The notes below the pieces were generated by a model that was given only the letters and a program-made list of their open reading frames with translations, had not been told where the DNA came from and did no database searches. Below, one piece after another: positions 1 to 7,937 of a DNA stretch of 58,852 nucleotides (position 1 is the stretch's first letter; each line of letters begins with the position of its first letter). The stretch spans positions 1 through 58,852 of the forward strand of contig JBKJZO010000040.1 in assembly GCA_046715235.1 (NCBI GenBank). Reading direction: 5' to 3'. Origin of the DNA: Mycobacteriales bacterium. Lineage in GTDB: Bacteria; Actinomycetota; Actinomycetes; BP-191. The translations under genes were made by a program, and so were the position numbers.

Positions 1-957
1 GGTCGGGGCGGCGGCGCTGGCGTGAGCGGACGCGGCCTCGCCCGGCTTCGCGGGCGGCGCAGCGGTCGGGGCGGCGGCGCGCACCGGAGCCTGGGCGCTG
101 CCGTTGGTGGGCTCGCCTGAGCCGACCGGCGCGGTCGTCGCTGCGCTCGGCTCGGTTCCGCCGGCAGTCGGCGCGGGCTCCTGCGCCGGTGTGTGCGCCG
201 TCGTCGGCCCGGTGGTTGGCGCAGGCGTGACCCTCGGGTCGCCGGCGGGGGGCGGTGCGAGGGGTACGGCGATAGTCGTCGACGTGGGCGGGTCGTCGGC
301 CCCGACGGCATCCGACGTCGCCAGCCACGAGAAAGTCGCGGAGGCGGACTTCTGCTGCGCGCGGTCGTCGTCCCGCACGGTCACGCGGAACCGGAGTGTC
401 AGTGAGCCGTCGCCCTGTTCGGTCGACCCGAGGTCCAGCTGCGTCGTCGGGTCCCCATGTGCCTGCGCGAGCGCGCTCAGAGTGCCGGCGTACGCGGTGG
501 TGCCGGAAAAACCAGCGCATCCGGCGTACGAGCCGCCGGTGCCCTTCTCAACTGTGACGTCGAGATAGTCGGCCAGACCCGAACCGCTCACCGCGGCGTA
601 CAGGCCCAGGCTCGACGTGGCCGTCTGCGCCTGCTGGTAGCTGACCAGGACGCACCGTTCCGTCACCGCACCCGGCGCCAGCGAGGCCGGGGTGAGTAGT
701 GGACCGGTGGCATCGGTCGTGAGCACCGGAGCGGGCGCACTGCCGGCCAGGCCGCTGCCCGCGAACACGACAACGCCGGTCAAGGCGCCGATGACTCCCG
801 TCGCCAGCGAGGTGACGACCGCGCGGCGGACCAGGCCGCCGGCGCGCGCGGGGGGAAGGGAGTGGAGTAGCAGCACTCCAACTCCATCGGCATTCACCCG
901 AACGGGGGATTGAGCCGTTCGGGCGCGTCGGACCGAATAATGCCGGCCGATACACAT
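1..957 (-). CDS. TasA/camelysin-like secreted protein, 3'-truncated by the window edge (absent from the supplied ORF track)
   Basis: Hand translation of the minus frame (plus triplets 1-3, 4-6, ...). It is open from the TAG at 988-990 down to base 1. ATG at 957 has GGGAG 9 nt upstream; GTG 897 is an alternative start. The product has a TM segment (LVRRAVVTSLATGVIGALTGVVVFAGSG). It continues ERCVLVSYQQ...VTVEKGTGGSYAGCAGFSGTTAYAGTLSAL...SATFSWLATSD, then a Pro/Ala/Thr-rich tail. These motifs parallel the 996..1637 product (NCVRVSYSG...VNEGTGGVFNNCTGFVSSGTIYSGTLANL...VVTWEADNT). Confidence 0.6.
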   Translation of the reverse strand, partial: MCIGRHYSVRRARTAQSPVRVNADGVGVLLLHSLPPARAGGLVRRAVVTSLATGVIGALTGVVVFAGSGLAGSAPAPVLTTDATGPLLTPASLAPGAVTERCVLVSYQQAQTATSSLGLYAAVSGSGLADYLDVTVEKGTGGSYAGCAGFSGTTAYAGTLSALAQAHGDPTTQLDLGSTEQGDGSLTLRFRVTVRDDDRAQQKSASATFSWLATSDAVGADDPPTSTTIAVPLAPPPAGDPRVTPAPTTGPTTAHTPAQEPAPTAGGTEPSAATTAPVGSGEPTNGSAQAPVRAAAPTAAPPAKPGEAASAHASAAAPT

Positions 958-995
958 CGCACATAACTCCCGTAACGAGAGCAGGCACTACGACG

Positions 996-1637
996 ATGGC
1001 AAAGCCAGCCAACCTTGACAGTGGGCAGACCGAACCGCGCCGCAAGTGGCGACTCCTGGCGATTCTTGCGACGCCGGTCGCAGTGATCATCAGCGGTGCC
1101 CTCGTGTGGAACAGCACGTACGCGGCGTTCACCGCGCAGATCTCCAACAGCGGCAACTCGTGGTCCACCGGCAGCGTCGTGCTGACCGGCGATGACGGTT
1201 CGTCGAGCGTGACCGGCAGCGTGGGCACGGCGCTGTTCTCGGCGGCCGGACTCACGCCCGGTTCGACCGCGACGAACTGCGTACGCGTGAGCTACTCAGG
1301 CACGCTCGCGGCGGCCGTGAAGATGTACGTCGCACCGGGTGGACTCACCGGTAGCGCGCCTCTGGCCGGTCAGATCACGCTCACGGTCAACGAAGGTACC
1401 GGCGGCGTCTTCAACAACTGCACCGGCTTCGTCAGCAGCGGAACGATCTACTCCGGCACGCTCGCCAACCTGGCCGCCACGAGGACCGACTTCGCGTCCG
1501 GCGCCGGCAGCTGGGCGCCTCCCGGCGCGCAGTCCAGGACCTACCAGGTCACCTACACACTCAGCGCGAGCGCTCCGAACAGCGTGCAGAGCTCTACCGC
1601 GGGTGCGGTCGTGACGTGGGAGGCCGACAACACGTGA
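996..1637 (+). CDS. TasA/camelysin-like secreted protein with a SipW-type signal peptide
   Basis: 213 aa. The signal peptide is RRKWRLLAILATPVAVIISGALVWNSTYA followed by AFTAQISN, like the B. subtilis TasA 'WAAFND' junction. Downstream motifs are L-T-P-G and a C-terminal VTWEADNT, comparable to TasA LKPGD and FSFEATQ. It sits immediately upstream of a SipW-like signal peptidase and overlaps its start. Confidence 0.75.
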   Translation: MAKPANLDSGQTEPRRKWRLLAILATPVAVIISGALVWNSTYAAFTAQISNSGNSWSTGSVVLTGDDGSSSVTGSVGTALFSAAGLTPGSTATNCVRVSYSGTLAAAVKMYVAPGGLTGSAPLAGQITLTVNEGTGGVFNNCTGFVSSGTIYSGTLANLAATRTDFASGAGSWAPPGAQSRTYQVTYTLSASAPNSVQSSTAGAVVTWEADNT

Positions 1638-3661
1638 CCGAGCCCGTGACCGACGCGCCGCAAGCCGGTGCGCCGTCGGGGCGCACGGGTCTGGTTGCGA
1701 ACGTCGGCGCGGTGGTTCGTACGGCGGCCGCGGTCGTCCTGGTCTCGTACGCCTGCCTGGCGGTCATCGCAACGCTGCCCATCGCTCTCGGCTGGAACTC
1801 GAGTGTCGTGACGAGCGGGTCGATGCGCCCTGGGTTCCAGCCTGGCGACGTCGTTCTCAGCTCACCGGTAGCGGTCGCCGACCTGGTGCCCGGCCAGGTG
1901 CTGCTCGTCGACGACCCCGCGCGCCGCGGGCACCTGCTGATGCACCGGTACGCGCGGCCGGGCCCGTCCGGCACGCTGATCACGCAGGGCGACGCGAACC
2001 GGACGGTGGACTCAACCCCGGTCCCTGCGAAGAACGTGCGCGGGCTGCCACGGCTTAGGGTGCCGTGGATCGGCCAGCCGGTGCTGTGGCTGCGGTCGCA
2101 GGAGCTGGTTCCGCTGGCGGCACTGGCGCTGCTCGGCAGCGCGCTGCTGTGGGTTCTTATGGGTGGCCCTCGGAGTCCGTCCTCGGGTGGGCGGCCGCGC
2201 CGTCGCCGTACGCCCATCCGACGCCGGGTTCCGGTCGCTGCAGCCATGCTGGTGGCTGTGGCCGCGCCGCTATTCGCTCCCGGCGCGGATGCGGCGTTCA
2301 CCGCAAAGATCACGAACCCGAGCACGCTCGCCACGACGTCCTCGTTCTACGCCGCGCAGGTGGCCGCGGACGGCGCAACCGGAGCGTGGCGTTTCGACGA
2401 CGCGACCGGTGGGGTGACCGACACAATCGGCTCGAACGACGGTGCCTACATCGGGCCGGTGACCCACTCAGTGACCGGCGCGACGACCGATGGCAACACC
2501 ACGACCCGGTACGGCGGCGCGGGCTATCTCACCATCCCGCGCGGTTTCTCCAACTCCTTCTCGATCGAACTGTGGTTCAAGAGTTCGCGGGGACGCGGAG
2601 CCGTCGACGGCTCGTGGTACGAGGCTGCCCCACTGGCAGTGATGCACAACGCGACCAACGGTGACTTCGGGCTGATGCTCGACGAAGCGGGCCATCTCGT
2701 CGCCGGCGTCTACACGGGCGGTGTCCGCGGGCAACTCAGGACGACGCAGAGCTACACCGACGGTGCGTGGCACCACGTCGTCATGACGCGCAACGGGACC
2801 AACGGTGATCTCGCGCTCATCCCCGATGACGCCTACATGCTGACGACGGGCGGCCCCGTGGGCGGCATCGACAGCCTGGCGGCGATCAGCATCGATTTCG
2901 ACCCGTGGAACCCGTCGGCGTCCTACGCCGCCGCCACCGAGATCGATGACATCTCGACGTACGACACCGCTCTGACGTGGGGGCAGACGAGCGCGCACTA
3001 CGCCGCCCGCGCCAGCGGGTATGCCGCCGCCGTCACGGCCACCGTCCCGGCACCCGTCGGGTACTGGCAGCTCAACGAGGTATCAGGCACGACTGCCGTG
3101 TCCACGGTTGGCGGGGCCGGCACCTACACCGGGTTCCCGGTTTTCGGCGTCACCGGCAGCCCCGTCACGAGCGGCACCGCGGTCTCGTTCCTGCGCGCGG
3201 CGCAGGTGCCGCGTCTTGTCTCGGGCAACCTGTCGCTCGAGTTCTGGTTCAAGACGACCGGCGGCACAGGTGCCGCCCCTTGGTACTACGGCGACCCGCT
3301 CATCGACGGCGAAGTCCACGCGGTGGGCGGTGACCTCGGCGTCACGCTCGACGGCACCGGCCGCGTGATGGCGGGGGGCGGCGCGACGATCACGACGCCA
3401 ACCGGCGGATACGACGACGACGCGTGGCACCACGTCGTTCTGACGCGGACCCAGAGCACAGGCGTTCTGGCACTGTACGTCGACGGCGCGCTGGCGGTGT
3501 CGGCCGGGACCGGCTACACGGGCCTGCTCGACGCGCCGGACTTCTTCACGATGGGCTCGACCTACACCGCCCCAATGACCATCGACGACTTCGCCCAGTA
3601 TCCGTTGGTGCTGACGCCGGGGCAGGTCGCCTCGCACTACGCACGCGCGACCGCCCCCTAG
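1616..3661 (+). CDS. Type I signal peptidase (SipW/archaeal-ER type, S26B) fused to a second signal peptide and two LamG/concanavalin-like domains
   Basis: 681 aa. The N-terminus has a TM segment, then TSGSMRPGFQPGDVV (catalytic Ser box) and ITQGDANRTVDSTPV. A second TM follows (LVPLAALALLGSALLWVLMGG), then RPRRRRTPIRRR, a hydrophobic stretch VPVAAAMLVAVAAPLFAPGADA, and AFTAKITN. Two repeats of a Laminin_G_3-like unit follow (LELWFKSS...DGAWHHVVMTRNG and LEFWFKTT...DDAWHHVVLTRTQ). The alternative start GTG 1634 overlaps the upstream stop (GTGA). Confidence 0.8.
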   Translation: MGGRQHVTEPVTDAPQAGAPSGRTGLVANVGAVVRTAAAVVLVSYACLAVIATLPIALGWNSSVVTSGSMRPGFQPGDVVLSSPVAVADLVPGQVLLVDDPARRGHLLMHRYARPGPSGTLITQGDANRTVDSTPVPAKNVRGLPRLRVPWIGQPVLWLRSQELVPLAALALLGSALLWVLMGGPRSPSSGGRPRRRRTPIRRRVPVAAAMLVAVAAPLFAPGADAAFTAKITNPSTLATTSSFYAAQVAADGATGAWRFDDATGGVTDTIGSNDGAYIGPVTHSVTGATTDGNTTTRYGGAGYLTIPRGFSNSFSIELWFKSSRGRGAVDGSWYEAAPLAVMHNATNGDFGLMLDEAGHLVAGVYTGGVRGQLRTTQSYTDGAWHHVVMTRNGTNGDLALIPDDAYMLTTGGPVGGIDSLAAISIDFDPWNPSASYAAATEIDDISTYDTALTWGQTSAHYAARASGYAAAVTATVPAPVGYWQLNEVSGTTAVSTVGGAGTYTGFPVFGVTGSPVTSGTAVSFLRAAQVPRLVSGNLSLEFWFKTTGGTGAAPWYYGDPLIDGEVHAVGGDLGVTLDGTGRVMAGGGATITTPTGGYDDDAWHHVVLTRTQSTGVLALYVDGALAVSAGTGYTGLLDAPDFFTMGSTYTAPMTIDDFAQYPLVLTPGQVASHYARATAP

Positions 3662-3738
3662 GCGGTCCGCGACTTAGACATCCCACGGAACCGGCCGTCG
3701 TACCGCCGCGTCCAAGCCATGACGACAAGGAGACTGTC

Positions 3739-4515
3739 ATGGCGGCAGCAACATGGACCCGCGGCGGCGCGATCGCGGCGGTTGGGCTGGTATTAGCGGC
3801 AGTGGTGTACGCCGGCGCCGGCGGTCTCCGTGGACCGGAACGGGTGGCGGCTGCGCAGACTCCGTCGCCTGCCGCGCCCGCCACGAACGTCATCGCCGTC
3901 TCCGGCCTGGGTCAGGTCGCGGGTACGCCCGACACGCTCGTGTTGCAGCTGCGGGTCGAAAGCCGCGGAGCCGACGTCACGGCCGCGCTCGGCTCGGCGA
4001 ACTCGACCGTGACCAAGGTCGTCACGGCGCTCAAGGCCAAGGGCGTCCGCCCCGCCGGCATCAAGACCTCCGGGCTTTCGGTGCAGGCCGACTACCGCTA
4101 CGAGAAGGAGTCACAGCGGCTGATCGGCTACATCGCAAGCCAGTCGATGTCGGTCAAGCTCCGCGACCTGAGCACGGCCGGCGCAGCCGTGTCCGCCGCC
4201 ACCGAGGCCGGCGGGAACTCGGTGCGCATCGACGGCGCATCCCTCGACCTCGACAGTGACAGCGCCCTGGTCGTCGAAGCTCGCGCGAGCGCTTTCGCGG
4301 AAGCCAAGGCCAAGGCGGAGCAGTACGCCAAGCTCGCCGGCCGCCCGCTCGGGCAAATCTCGTCGGTGAGCGAGAGCGTGTCAAACCCGCCCGTTCCTAT
4401 GCCCTACGCCACGGCGTCGGCTGCGCCCATGAACGCGAAGCTCGCCGACGTACCGATCCAGCCCGGCAGCCAGGAGGTCGAGGTGCGGGTCGAGGTCGTC
4501 TGGGCGCTCACCTGA
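3739..4515 (+). CDS. SIMPL-domain (DUF541) secreted protein
   Basis: ATG 3739 is preceded by AAGGAG (3727-3732). The signal/TM segment is AIAAVGLVLAAVVYAGA. The body is typical of the SIMPL/26 kDa periplasmic immunogenic protein family (VSGLGQV...PDTLVLQLRVE...AEAKAKAEQYAKLAGRPLGQI...QPGSQEVEVRVEVVW). The in-frame sequence upstream of 3739 is Arg-rich and looks non-coding. Confidence 0.8.
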   Translation: MAAATWTRGGAIAAVGLVLAAVVYAGAGGLRGPERVAAAQTPSPAAPATNVIAVSGLGQVAGTPDTLVLQLRVESRGADVTAALGSANSTVTKVVTALKAKGVRPAGIKTSGLSVQADYRYEKESQRLIGYIASQSMSVKLRDLSTAGAAVSAATEAGGNSVRIDGASLDLDSDSALVVEARASAFAEAKAKAEQYAKLAGRPLGQISSVSESVSNPPVPMPYATASAAPMNAKLADVPIQPGSQEVEVRVEVVWALT

Positions 4516-4545
4516 GCAGCTGGCGCCGACAGAGTCGACGCGCGG

Positions 4546-5616
4546 ATGCTTGACTCGGACCCCGACACCCTTCGCGTGAAGGAGATCTTTACGCCCGGCC
4601 CCCGCTTTCGCGATCGCACCGAAGCGGGCCGACAGCTGGCCGCCCGGCTGACCCAACAGGCGCTGCACGACCCGGTCGTGCTCGCATTGCCGCGCGGCGG
4701 CGTACCGGTTGCGTACGAAGTCGCGACCACTCTCGAGGCCACGCTCGAGGTATTCGTGGTGCGAAAGGTCGGTGCTCCAGGCCATGCCGAGCGCGGCATT
4801 GGCGCGATCGCGGAGGGCGGCGCGACTGCCGTCGACCGCCGCGCGCTGGACATGCTCGGACTTACGGATGACGACTTCGCGGCTCTGGCAGACCTCGAGC
4901 GTCAGGAGTTGGAGCGCCGCGTCGCTGCGTACCGCAAAGGGCGGCCGCTGCCGAGCGTCGTCGACCGCGACGTGATCGTCGTCGACGACGGCCTGGCGAC
5001 GGGGCTGACCGCGGAGGCGGCGTTGCGCGCACTGCGGTCGATACACCCGCTGCGACTGCTGCTCGCGGTGCCCACGTGCGCACGCCAGACGGCCGATCGC
5101 CTCGCTGCGCTGGCCGATGCAGTCGTATACGTCATCGCGCCAAAGCACTTCTCCGCCGTGAGCCAGTGGTACGACGACTTCACCCAGACCAGCGACCGCG
5201 AAGTCGTCGATCTCTTGGAGAGATCGCGAACGGAACCGGGTAAAGCCTTGCGCATGACGAATCTCGAGCGGCTCACCGCGTGGATCGACGGCTACGTGCG
5301 GGCCTGGAATTCCAACGATCCCGCCGACATCGGCGCTCTCTTCACCGACGACGCGGCGTACTACACCGCGCGGTTCCGTGAGCCTTGGCGTGGTCGCGAA
5401 GGGATCATCGAGGGGTGGCTCGACCGCAAGGACGAGCCAGGCGAGACGTCGTTCACCTGGCGCCCGCTGGTCGTCACCGATGAGGTCTCGATCATCGACG
5501 GTACGACGACCTACCCGACCGAGACCTACAGCAACTTGTGGGTGATCCGGTTGGGTGACGCCGGCCGTTGCCGCGAGTTCACCGAGTGGTGGATGGAACA
5601 TCCGAAGACCGGTTGA
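4546..5616 (+). CDS. Phosphoribosyltransferase-family protein fused to a C-terminal SnoaL/NTF2-like domain
   Basis: The N-terminal ~220 aa match the 'putative phosphoribosyl transferase' pattern (FRDRTEAGRQLA...VLALPRGGVPVA...VIVVDDGLATGLT PRPP-loop). The C-terminal ~120 aa read ERLTAWIDGYVRAWNSNDPADIGALFTDDAAYY...WVIRLGDAGRCREFTEWW, which is typical of NTF2/SnoaL folds. No stop separates the two parts. Confidence 0.75.
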   Translation: MLDSDPDTLRVKEIFTPGPRFRDRTEAGRQLAARLTQQALHDPVVLALPRGGVPVAYEVATTLEATLEVFVVRKVGAPGHAERGIGAIAEGGATAVDRRALDMLGLTDDDFAALADLERQELERRVAAYRKGRPLPSVVDRDVIVVDDGLATGLTAEAALRALRSIHPLRLLLAVPTCARQTADRLAALADAVVYVIAPKHFSAVSQWYDDFTQTSDREVVDLLERSRTEPGKALRMTNLERLTAWIDGYVRAWNSNDPADIGALFTDDAAYYTARFREPWRGREGIIEGWLDRKDEPGETSFTWRPLVVTDEVSIIDGTTTYPTETYSNLWVIRLGDAGRCREFTEWWMEHPKTG

Positions 5617-5617
5617 C

Positions 5618-5645
5618 GTACCTTGTATCGCAAGGTACCTTGCGA
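5618..5645. promoter_or_regulatory. Overlapping perfect palindromes; candidate PadR operator, and possibly a terminator hairpin for the upstream gene
   Basis: The sequence is GTACCTTG-tatcg-CAAGGTAC-CTTGCGA. It contains an 8-bp inverted repeat (5618-5625 / 5631-5638). It also contains a perfect 18-bp palindrome, TCGCAAGGTACCTTGCGA (5628-5645). It lies 2 nt after the PRTase stop and 4-10 nt before the PadR start. Confidence 0.4.
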
Positions 5646-5654
5646 CCCGTGGCG

Positions 5655-5990
5655 ATGACTCAGGACGTTCTCAGCCAGCTCCGGCGGGGGGCTCTGGAGT
5701 ACTGCGTCCTCGCGCTGCTCGCGCACGAGGAGCGGTACGGGTTCGATCTGGTCCGCACGCTGGGCTCGATCGACGGCATGGTCACCGGCGAGGGCACGCT
5801 CTATCCCCTGCTGTCGCGGCTGAAGAAAGACGGCCACGTCGCCACGGTGTGGCGCGAGTCGGATGCCGGCCCGCCCAGGAAGTACTACTCGATCACCGCC
5901 GACGGCCGGCGCGCTCTGGCCGATTTCACATCCGAGTGGCGGCGCTTCAGCGCGGCCGTCGATCACATCCTCACCGAGGGAACACGATGA
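5655..5990 (+). CDS. PadR-family transcriptional regulator
   Basis: MTQDVLSQLRRGALEYCVLALLAHEERYGFDLVRTL...GEGTLYPLLSRLKKDGHV...RKYYSITADG is the canonical PadR winged helix. Alternative start GTG 5649. The stop overlaps the next start (ATGA at 5987-5990). Confidence 0.85.
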   Translation: MTQDVLSQLRRGALEYCVLALLAHEERYGFDLVRTLGSIDGMVTGEGTLYPLLSRLKKDGHVATVWRESDAGPPRKYYSITADGRRALADFTSEWRRFSAAVDHILTEGTR

Positions 5991-6571
5991 TGACCGTCAC
6001 GCATCCGCTGGTCGCCGACTACCTGCACCGCCTCGAGCGCGCGGCTGCGGCTCTGCCTCGCTCGGAGCGCGAAGAACTCGTCGCCGAGATTCGCAGCCAC
6101 CTGGACACCGGCCTCGCGCCCGATGCCACGGAGGCCGACGTACGCAATCTGCTCGACGACCTCGGTACGCCGGACGAGATCGTCGCGGTCGCGGCACCGA
6201 CTCCGAGCGCGACCGTCAAACGCGGTGCGCGGGAAGCGTTCGCAGTGGTCCTGCTGCTGACGGGACTCCCGCCATTCATCGGCTGGGTCATCGGCGTCGG
6301 GCTGCTGTTGTGGTCGCCGCTGTGGACCGCGCGACAGAAGGCACTCGGGGTCCTGGTATGGCCGGGTGGCCTCATTCTTTCGGGCGGGGTTCTTGGCTTG
6401 CTTGCGGCGCGGACGACCTCGTGCGTCGAAGGGCCGGGCGGTGTCGGGGATTGCGGGTCGTCAGGCCCTTCCGCACTCAGCATCCTCGCCATCGCCGCCT
6501 TCGTCGCGGCACCGATCATCGTCGCGGCCTATCTGTATCGCGCCGCCGGCCGCCAGGGGACCATCGACTGA
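5987..6571 (+). CDS. DUF1700/HAAS-type membrane protein, the usual PadR partner
   Basis: The N-terminus VADYLHRLERAAAALPRSEREELVAEIRSHLD...LGTPDEIV matches the DUF1700 pattern. It is followed by 3-4 TM helices. It is translationally coupled to the PadR gene. Confidence 0.7.
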   Translation: MMTVTHPLVADYLHRLERAAAALPRSEREELVAEIRSHLDTGLAPDATEADVRNLLDDLGTPDEIVAVAAPTPSATVKRGAREAFAVVLLLTGLPPFIGWVIGVGLLLWSPLWTARQKALGVLVWPGGLILSGGVLGLLAARTTSCVEGPGGVGDCGSSGPSALSILAIAAFVAAPIIVAAYLYRAAGRQGTID

Positions 6572-6664
6572 TGAGGATGCGGGCGGCCTGAGCTGACTGG
6601 GAACCGACTCTGAGTCGGCGGTGTATCAGGGCGTGGTCCTCGAGGACCCGTCAGGGAGGCACCG

Positions 6665-7879
6665 ATGCAGGACCGTCGTCTCGCGGCCCTCGCCGCAGCT
6701 GCGCTCATCACATCCGCCGGATGCTCTGCGGGAGTGGCCCAGAACAGCTCCTCGGCCGACCCACCGGCGGGTATCGCCCTCGCCGCTTCGGCGCGCTCGG
6801 ACTTGCTGGTGCTCCGCGGCGCGCGCGATGCCCGCGTCGTCGACTCCGCAACTGGAGCCATCACCGCGGCTACTCGCAGCGGTCTTCCGACGCCAAGTGG
6901 CACCCCGCTTGTCGGTACGGCGTCGGGGCGGCTCTCGCTCATCGACGCGCGGGACGGGACCAGCACTGTCATGGGCACGTCGGAAGGCTCGCTGGTTCCA
7001 AGCGTCACGACCGCCGACGGGCACCTGGTCGCGCTGGCAGAGATCCCTGGTCCGGCAACCCGCGGCTACATCGCGCCGCCTCGGGTCACCACACGGATAG
7101 CCGTCTCGGGCCAGGAGCAGGGAGGCGCCAGCACGACGTACGACCTGCAGGGCAACTTCGAACCAGAGGCGTTCTCCGCGGACCGCAGTCAGCTGTTCCT
7201 CATCGAATACCTGCCGGCCGCCGCGCCGGACCGGTACCGCGTTCGGCAACTCGATCTGGCGACCGGCGCAGTCAACGGCGTCTACGGGCCGGAGAAGTCC
7301 CTGCTCGAGGAACAGATGCGCGGCGTCGGGCGAATGCAGGTCCTCGACGAAGACCGCGCGGTGCACTACACGCTGTACCGGACGGTCGGATCGGACCAGG
7401 CATTCGTGCACACCCTGCATCTGACCGACCAGTGGGCGCACTGCATCGTGCTGCCGGCCGAGTTCGGCCGGGGCGGGCGAGACGTTGCCATCGCCGTAGC
7501 ACCGCACGGCACGCTGTATGCCTGGGACGGCGCGCTGCTCGCCACTGTCGATGGGGACAACATGTCCATTGGCCGTACGGCGTCCGTCGGCGAGCGACGA
7601 TCTGCCGGATCCGTCGCGCTGACTGTGGCCGGTGACGGCACGGTCGTGGCGATCGCCGGCCGCGAGGTGACGGAGTTCGACGGCGCAACTCTTGCGGCAC
7701 AGCGTTCGTGGACGCTGCCGAGTTCAGCATCTGACGCGAAGACGTCGCCCGACGGCCAACGGCTCTACGTGCTGAGTGGACAGCGCGTCCTGACATTCGA
7801 TCGCGCGTCCCACGAGAGACTCGCGCAGATCCCGGTGAGTCAGGGCGATCGGATCGCCGCTGTTCTCGCCGTCGAGTAG
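6665..7879 (+). CDS. Hypothetical lipoprotein, probably beta-rich or propeller-like
   Basis: Lipobox AAALITSAG-C at the N-terminus. 404 aa with high third-position GC. I recognise no family. Confidence 0.65.
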   Translation: MQDRRLAALAAAALITSAGCSAGVAQNSSSADPPAGIALAASARSDLLVLRGARDARVVDSATGAITAATRSGLPTPSGTPLVGTASGRLSLIDARDGTSTVMGTSEGSLVPSVTTADGHLVALAEIPGPATRGYIAPPRVTTRIAVSGQEQGGASTTYDLQGNFEPEAFSADRSQLFLIEYLPAAAPDRYRVRQLDLATGAVNGVYGPEKSLLEEQMRGVGRMQVLDEDRAVHYTLYRTVGSDQAFVHTLHLTDQWAHCIVLPAEFGRGGRDVAIAVAPHGTLYAWDGALLATVDGDNMSIGRTASVGERRSAGSVALTVAGDGTVVAIAGREVTEFDGATLAAQRSWTLPSSASDAKTSPDGQRLYVLSGQRVLTFDRASHERLAQIPVSQGDRIAAVLAVE

Positions 7880-7915
7880 CCCGTACTTCGGAGGCCACCC
7901 AAAAGTACCCGAAAT

Positions 7916-7937
7916 CCCTTCCACACAAGGGTTTTTT
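7916..7937 (+). terminator. Weak intrinsic-terminator candidate
   Basis: CCCTT-ccacac-AAGGG followed by TTTTTT, 37 nt after the lipoprotein stop. The stem is only 5 bp. Confidence 0.3.

Noticed and set aside
104-1255. Track ORFs 104..568 (+), 193..405 (+), 457..699 (+) and 548..1255 (-)
   Set aside because: Their products are Arg/Gly/Pro-rich low-complexity strings. The region is better explained by the open minus frame ending at base 1, which is a paralogue of the neighbouring gene. In addition, 548..1255 overlaps the well-supported 996..1637 gene.
3424-3738. N-terminal extensions of track ORFs, for example 3424-3738, 5555-5986, 28640-28771, 30653-30934, 47997-48107, 48498-48623, 54004-54150 and 55018-55371
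   Set aside because: The upstream in-frame parts overlap neighbouring genes or encode Arg-rich, non-protein-like sequence. Internal starts with an SD-like sequence and family-typical N-termini were preferred.
5254-5616. The SnoaL-like domain as an independent gene starting at ATG 5254
   Set aside because: No stop codon separates it from the PRTase domain in the same frame, and no SD-like sequence precedes the ATG. I kept it as a fusion.
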